Part shown: piece after piece, positions 33,253 through 36,200 of the stretch
How positions within the stretch are numbered: position 1 is the first letter of the stretch
Layout: the number at the start of each line of letters is the position of its first letter
Source: a virus
Reading direction: 5' to 3' (one strand)
Length of the DNA stretch: 36,200 bases
IMG/VR virus record: IMGVR_UViG_3300045988_075886
Span: 1-36,200 of that record
Position numbers and translations under genes: made by a program
The notes under the pieces: model-generated
Told to the model about the DNA's origin: nothing
Databases searched by the model: none
The model's input: only the letters and a program-made list of their open reading frames with translations

Positions 33253-33281
33253 ATTATAGAACAAACGTTCTAAATTTGCAA
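33253..33281 (-). promoter_or_regulatory. Near-consensus promoter for the micro-ORF with LexA box 2 (33258-33271) in its spacer
   Basis: Minus strand reads TTGCAA, a 17-nt spacer, then TATAAT. The spacer contains AGAACGTTTGTTCT. Confidence 0.6.
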
Positions 33282-33295
33282 TAAAAATTCATTAA

Positions 33296-33324
33296 TTGGA
33301 TAAAATTGTACAATTAAATATAAA
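33296..33324 (+). promoter_or_regulatory. Putative promoter of the Ltp-like gene
   Basis: TTGGAT (33296-33301), a 17-nt spacer, then TATAAA (33319-33324). Confidence 0.4.
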
Positions 33325-33363
33325 ATTTTTTCTTATTATAAAGTTGCTCAAAGGAGGAAAAGC

Positions 33364-34311
33364 ATGAAAAAGAAAATTGCCATAGTTGGCGGCATTTTAT
33401 TAACAATATTAGTTGTTTATGTCATAGTCATCAATACTAAACCTTCAAACTCTACAGATTCTTCTACATCAACAGTCACTTCAGCCGAGAAAAAAGATGA
33501 TTATAGCAATTTTAAAGAATACAAAGATGAAGATTTTACTTACAAAATACCTTCATCATGGAGCAAGTCAATACAAGGTGATACGACGTATTATTACAGA
33601 AATGATGATGATAGCATGGACGGAATGATAATGATATATAAAACAGAATTGGATGAATCCATCATGGAGCCAGGAAGTTTTGATTCATATGTAGAAGGTT
33701 TCGAAGAAAGCGAAGAATACTTAGGCGAAACAAAAAAACGAGATATAACCATCGATGGCATTGATGCAAAACAAATGTCTGCAAAAACCAAAATTCAAGG
33801 AGAAGAATCTTATATCGTGTCATCTGTATTTGATTATGATGAAGGTATTGTAACTTTTGGTTTTCTTACACGAGAGAAAGATCAGTACGCTGATGAATAC
33901 AATGCAATCCTAGAGTCTATTGATATAATTGATAACACAAGCGAAACAACTACCGAGAAATCAACAACGGAATCGACCACTGAGAAAGTTACGACAGAAA
34001 AAACGACACAAAAAGATACAACGCCAACTACCGGAGAAATAAACGCACTAAACAGCGCATATGACTATTTAGATTATTCTGCTTTTTCAAGATCTGGATT
34101 AATTGAGCAACTTGAATATGAAGGATATACTAATGATGAAGCAACATATGCTGCTGACAATTGTGGGGCTGATTGGAACGAACAGGCCGTAAAATCTGCA
34201 CAAGAATATCTTGACTACGGATCTTTTTCAAAGATCAGATTAATTGAACAATTAGAGTACGAAGGATTTACAAAAGCGCAAGCTACATACGGCGTAAATC
34301 AAGTTTATTAA
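33364..34311 (+). CDS. ltp: Ltp-type superinfection-exclusion protein: N-terminal TM anchor, unknown beta-rich domain, Thr/Glu-rich linker and two Ltp repeats
   Basis: The C-terminal tandem repeats ALNSAYDYLDYSAFSRSGLIEQLEYEGYTNDEATYAA and AVKSAQEYLDYGSFSKIRLIEQLEYEGFTKAQATYGV match the Lipoprotein_Ltp repeat pattern. The gene lies between the repressor and integrase genes, as in phage TP-J34. Confidence 0.8.
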   Translation: MKKKIAIVGGILLTILVVYVIVINTKPSNSTDSSTSTVTSAEKKDDYSNFKEYKDEDFTYKIPSSWSKSIQGDTTYYYRNDDDSMDGMIMIYKTELDESIMEPGSFDSYVEGFEESEEYLGETKKRDITIDGIDAKQMSAKTKIQGEESYIVSSVFDYDEGIVTFGFLTREKDQYADEYNAILESIDIIDNTSETTTEKSTTESTTEKVTTEKTTQKDTTPTTGEINALNSAYDYLDYSAFSRSGLIEQLEYEGYTNDEATYAADNCGADWNEQAVKSAQEYLDYGSFSKIRLIEQLEYEGFTKAQATYGVNQVY

Positions 34312-34320
34312 AACAAAACC

Positions 34321-34340
34321 GCCCGGCGGCAACCGGGCGT
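34321..34340. terminator. GC-rich hairpin after the Ltp-like gene, with a T-tract only on the minus-strand side
   Basis: CGCCCGG cggcaa CCGGGCG forms a 7-bp all-GC stem. It is preceded by AAAACAAAAC on the plus strand. Confidence 0.4.
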
Positions 34341-34413
34341 GCAACTGAAAATTATAACACGTGGCTAAAGTGCTATACTTTTCCATAGACAGTTAAAGTA
34401 TACCATTTTTAGC

Positions 34414-34440
34414 TACACCTAACAAGGGGTGTATTTTTTG
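34414..34440 (+). terminator. Intrinsic terminator 28 nt upstream of the integrase start codon
   Basis: TACACC taacaagg GGTGTA followed by TTTTTT. Confidence 0.6.
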
Positions 34441-34468
34441 TACCCTTTTTTAGAAAGGATGAACAAAT

Positions 34469-35566
34469 ATGGCTGTAAAATACAAAAAAGGGAAAGATGG
34501 ATACTTTTCTACTCGTGTCTGGGATGGTACCTATACTAAGAACGGTGAAAAACACTATAAGCATCTGCGATCCAAGAAAAGTAGCAAAGATCTGGAACGC
34601 AAGGTAAAAGAGCTGGAATACCAGGTAAAGGAACGAAACGTCGTTAAGAGAGACGATATTACCTTTTACGATTATGCAAGGCGTTGGAGAACTTTATACA
34701 AAGATTCAAAAGCGAATGGAACGAAGATGATGTATGACCATATCATAAAAACTTACCTACGCGAACTGGAATTTGTTCGATTGCAGGACATCCAGCGTGT
34801 CCACTTGCAACTTGTTCTAAACAATGCAAATAATAAGCCGCGGACACAACAACAAATCTTGATGACCTTCCGACAGATCGTTGACGCCGCTGTCGCCGAA
34901 CGATTAATGCCAGCCAATGTAGCAGATGATATTCTTCGGAGCATGCAGAGAGTAAAATATAAAGCTCCGGAAAAAAGGGCACTGCTTCCACACGAACGAG
35001 AAGCTGTTTTTAAGGCGGATTTTAATCCGATGGATAAAATCTTCGTCTTTTTAATTTACGGCTGTGGAATAAGGCGAGGGGAAGCCCTGGCGTTAACTGT
35101 GGATGATATATCTTTCGACGAAAGAACTCTGTACATAAATAAAGCATATGATTTTATTACCATAAAGGAACCGAAAACAAAGAATGGGTACCGTACTCTT
35201 CCGATTCCGGATATTATTTATCCTGCTATTGAGCAGTATGTGTCTGTCTTAAAGGATCAAGAGAAAACTTATCTATTTACTACCAAGCGTGGAGAATTAA
35301 TGACCAGGAGCGCATACAGACGGATGTGGGAACGAATTATAAAAAAAATGGACAAAGTATCGGATACGCCAATCGAAGGGCTTACAGCGCATATTTTTCG
35401 GCATAACTACTGCACGAACCTTTGCTATGAAGTCCCACGCATATCCATTAAGATGGTTGCGAAATTGCTGGGGGATAAAGAAGCGACGGTCCTTAATGTG
35501 TACAATCACTTGATGATGGAAAAAGAGGATTCTACTGCTGCCATAAACGCCGCTTTGAACTTTTAA
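34469..35566 (+). CDS. int: Tyrosine integrase with an N-terminal arm-binding (AP2-like) domain
   Basis: 365 aa with catalytic signature ...GIRRGEAL...HIFRHNYCTNL...LLGDKEATVLNVYNHL. It lies adjacent to the attP-like region. Confidence 0.92.
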   Translation: MAVKYKKGKDGYFSTRVWDGTYTKNGEKHYKHLRSKKSSKDLERKVKELEYQVKERNVVKRDDITFYDYARRWRTLYKDSKANGTKMMYDHIIKTYLRELEFVRLQDIQRVHLQLVLNNANNKPRTQQQILMTFRQIVDAAVAERLMPANVADDILRSMQRVKYKAPEKRALLPHEREAVFKADFNPMDKIFVFLIYGCGIRRGEALALTVDDISFDERTLYINKAYDFITIKEPKTKNGYRTLPIPDIIYPAIEQYVSVLKDQEKTYLFTTKRGELMTRSAYRRMWERIIKKMDKVSDTPIEGLTAHIFRHNYCTNLCYEVPRISIKMVAKLLGDKEATVLNVYNHLMMEKEDSTAAINAALNF

Positions 35567-35570
35567 AAAT

Positions 35571-35590
35571 TGGAACAAAAATGGAACAAA
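35571..35590 (+). repeat. Arm-type integrase binding repeats, left arm (TGGAACAAAAATGGAACAAA)
   Basis: TGGAACA motifs occur at 35571, 35582 and 35623. The same 18-mer recurs at 35837-35854 on the other side of the core. Confidence 0.5.
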
Positions 35591-35739
35591 TGATTTTTAT
35601 TAAAACCGTTTACTTTTGATAATGGAACAAAAAAGGGAATATTTGTAAAAGAAAAAATTAGAACTATGAGATGCCGGAAACCCGCATAAATACAAGAAAA
35701 ACGCTGCTTCTGGCATCTTCCAAAAGACAACGTTTCCGA

Positions 35740-35786
35740 TGAGCGTGCGGGGATTCGAACCCCGGACAACTTGATTAAAAGTCAAA
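35740..35786 (-). other. attP core: 3' portion (anticodon stem to acceptor end) of a tRNA-Lys(UUU)-like sequence
   Basis: Minus strand reads TTTGA CTTTTAA TCAAG ttgtc CGGGG TTCGAAT CCCCG CACGCTC A, giving perfect anticodon and T arms. The 5' half does not form a D arm or pair as an acceptor stem. Confidence 0.6.
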
Positions 35787-35836
35787 AGACCTAATGCTGT
35801 TGTATGCCCATAAAATAAGCCATTTTCCCACAAACG

Positions 35837-35854
35837 TGGAACAAAAATGGAACA
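35837..35854 (+). repeat. Arm-type integrase binding repeats, right arm (TGGAACAAAAATGGAACA)
   Basis: Identical 18-mer to 35571-35588, in direct orientation. Confidence 0.5.
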
Positions 35855-35912
35855 TCATGTATTATATAGTAAGCATATATTTTTGTCAATAAAAATTTTT
35901 TTAAGTCAAATT

Positions 35913-35958
35913 CCATCGCGGTCGCTTCTATATATAAGGGGGAGGACGACCGCAATGG
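35913..35958. repeat. GC-rich 12-bp inverted repeat (CCATCGCGGTCG ... CGACCGCAATGG) with a 22-nt AT-rich loop
   Basis: 11 of 12 positions are complementary. It is conspicuous within an AT-rich non-coding region. Confidence 0.6.
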
Positions 35959-36113
35959 AGATAATAAGAAGGTATTTAATAATCTGATTATAATATATTT
36001 ACATACAAAAAGAAAGCCGGAGATTTCTCCCCTGCCTGATACAATTTTTATATATGCGCCTTTCTTAAGAAGGAGTTCGCAGAAAATGGCTGTTTTGCGC
36101 GGTTTTTCGTATA

Positions 36114-36135
36114 TTTGTCACTAGTTTGTCACTAG
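36114..36135 (+). repeat. Two tandem 11-bp repeats (TTTGTCACTAG x2) upstream of the junction promoter
   Basis: Perfect tandem duplication with one helical turn of periodicity, ending 21 nt upstream of the -35. Confidence 0.8.
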
Positions 36136-36156
36136 TAAAAAAATGAAAAAAATCTC

Positions 36157-36185
36157 TTGACTATTCGTAACGAATGGTATATAAT
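36157..36185 (+). promoter_or_regulatory. Consensus promoter with a palindromic spacer element, driving ORF 42-257 across the junction
   Basis: TTGACT (36157-36162), a 17-nt spacer containing ATTCGtaaCGAAT, then TATAAT (36180-36185). Confidence 0.65.
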
Positions 36186-36200
36186 TAAATCAAGATAAGA
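36176..36200. repeat. Right copy of the 25-nt direct terminal repeat
   Basis: Identical to 1-25. Confidence 0.9.

Noticed and set aside
35741-35813. A full-length phage-encoded tRNA-Lys on the minus strand
   Set aside because: Only the anticodon arm, variable loop, T arm and 3' acceptor strand are present. The 5' part (GGGCATACAACAGCATTAGG) pairs at only 5 of 7 acceptor positions and cannot form a D arm. An attP-type 3' fragment explains it better.

Overview
The window is an essentially complete temperate siphovirus genome of about 36.2 kb, of Firmicutes/Clostridia type. The host assignment rests on strong GGAGG-type RBSs, Cheo-type LexA boxes, an Ltp-type exclusion gene and a tRNA-Lys-like attP. 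Bases 1-25 are identical to 36176-36200, so the record is probably a circularly closed assembly with a unit length of 36175 bp.

Almost all genes lie on the minus strand. Read right to left they run:
- lytic promoter and early genes (32648 down to about 30500)
- recombination and replication: HD hydrolase, Rad52-like annealase, PD-(D/E)xK resolvase-like nuclease, replisome organiser with internal iterons
- small accessory genes and a sigma-r4-like late regulator (23302-23718)
- a terminated leader, then the late operon: DUF4417-like gene, two MGGRGSSS-motif genes, TerS, TerL, portal, MuF, scaffold, HK97-like capsid, connectors, major tail protein, chaperones, a 1323-aa tape measure, Dit, Tal, a collagen-like fibre and small distal fibre genes
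- the lysis cassette (membrane protein, holin, 32-aa ORF, Amidase_3/SH3 endolysin)

The plus strand carries the lysogeny and moron genes: an HTH-only repressor, an Ltp-type superinfection-exclusion protein, a tyrosine integrase followed by attP, a membrane protein inserted antisense in the early operon, and a 71-aa ORF with its own promoter that spans the window junction.

The observations most worth follow-up are:
- A consensus promoter gated by two perfect GAAC-N4-GTTC LexA boxes drives a 33-codon micro-ORF head-on into the non-cleavable repressor gene.
- A (CTGT)10 microsatellite with promoter-like elements and a uORF lies between two paralogous distal tail-fibre genes, giving a candidate phase-variable host-range switch.
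- A lambda PR'-tR'-like promoter, leader and terminator unit sits immediately upstream of the late operon.
- A gene is interrupted by a single in-frame TAA and is followed by a paralog with the same MGGRGSSS N-terminus.

All family names come from motif recognition by eye. No database search was run.
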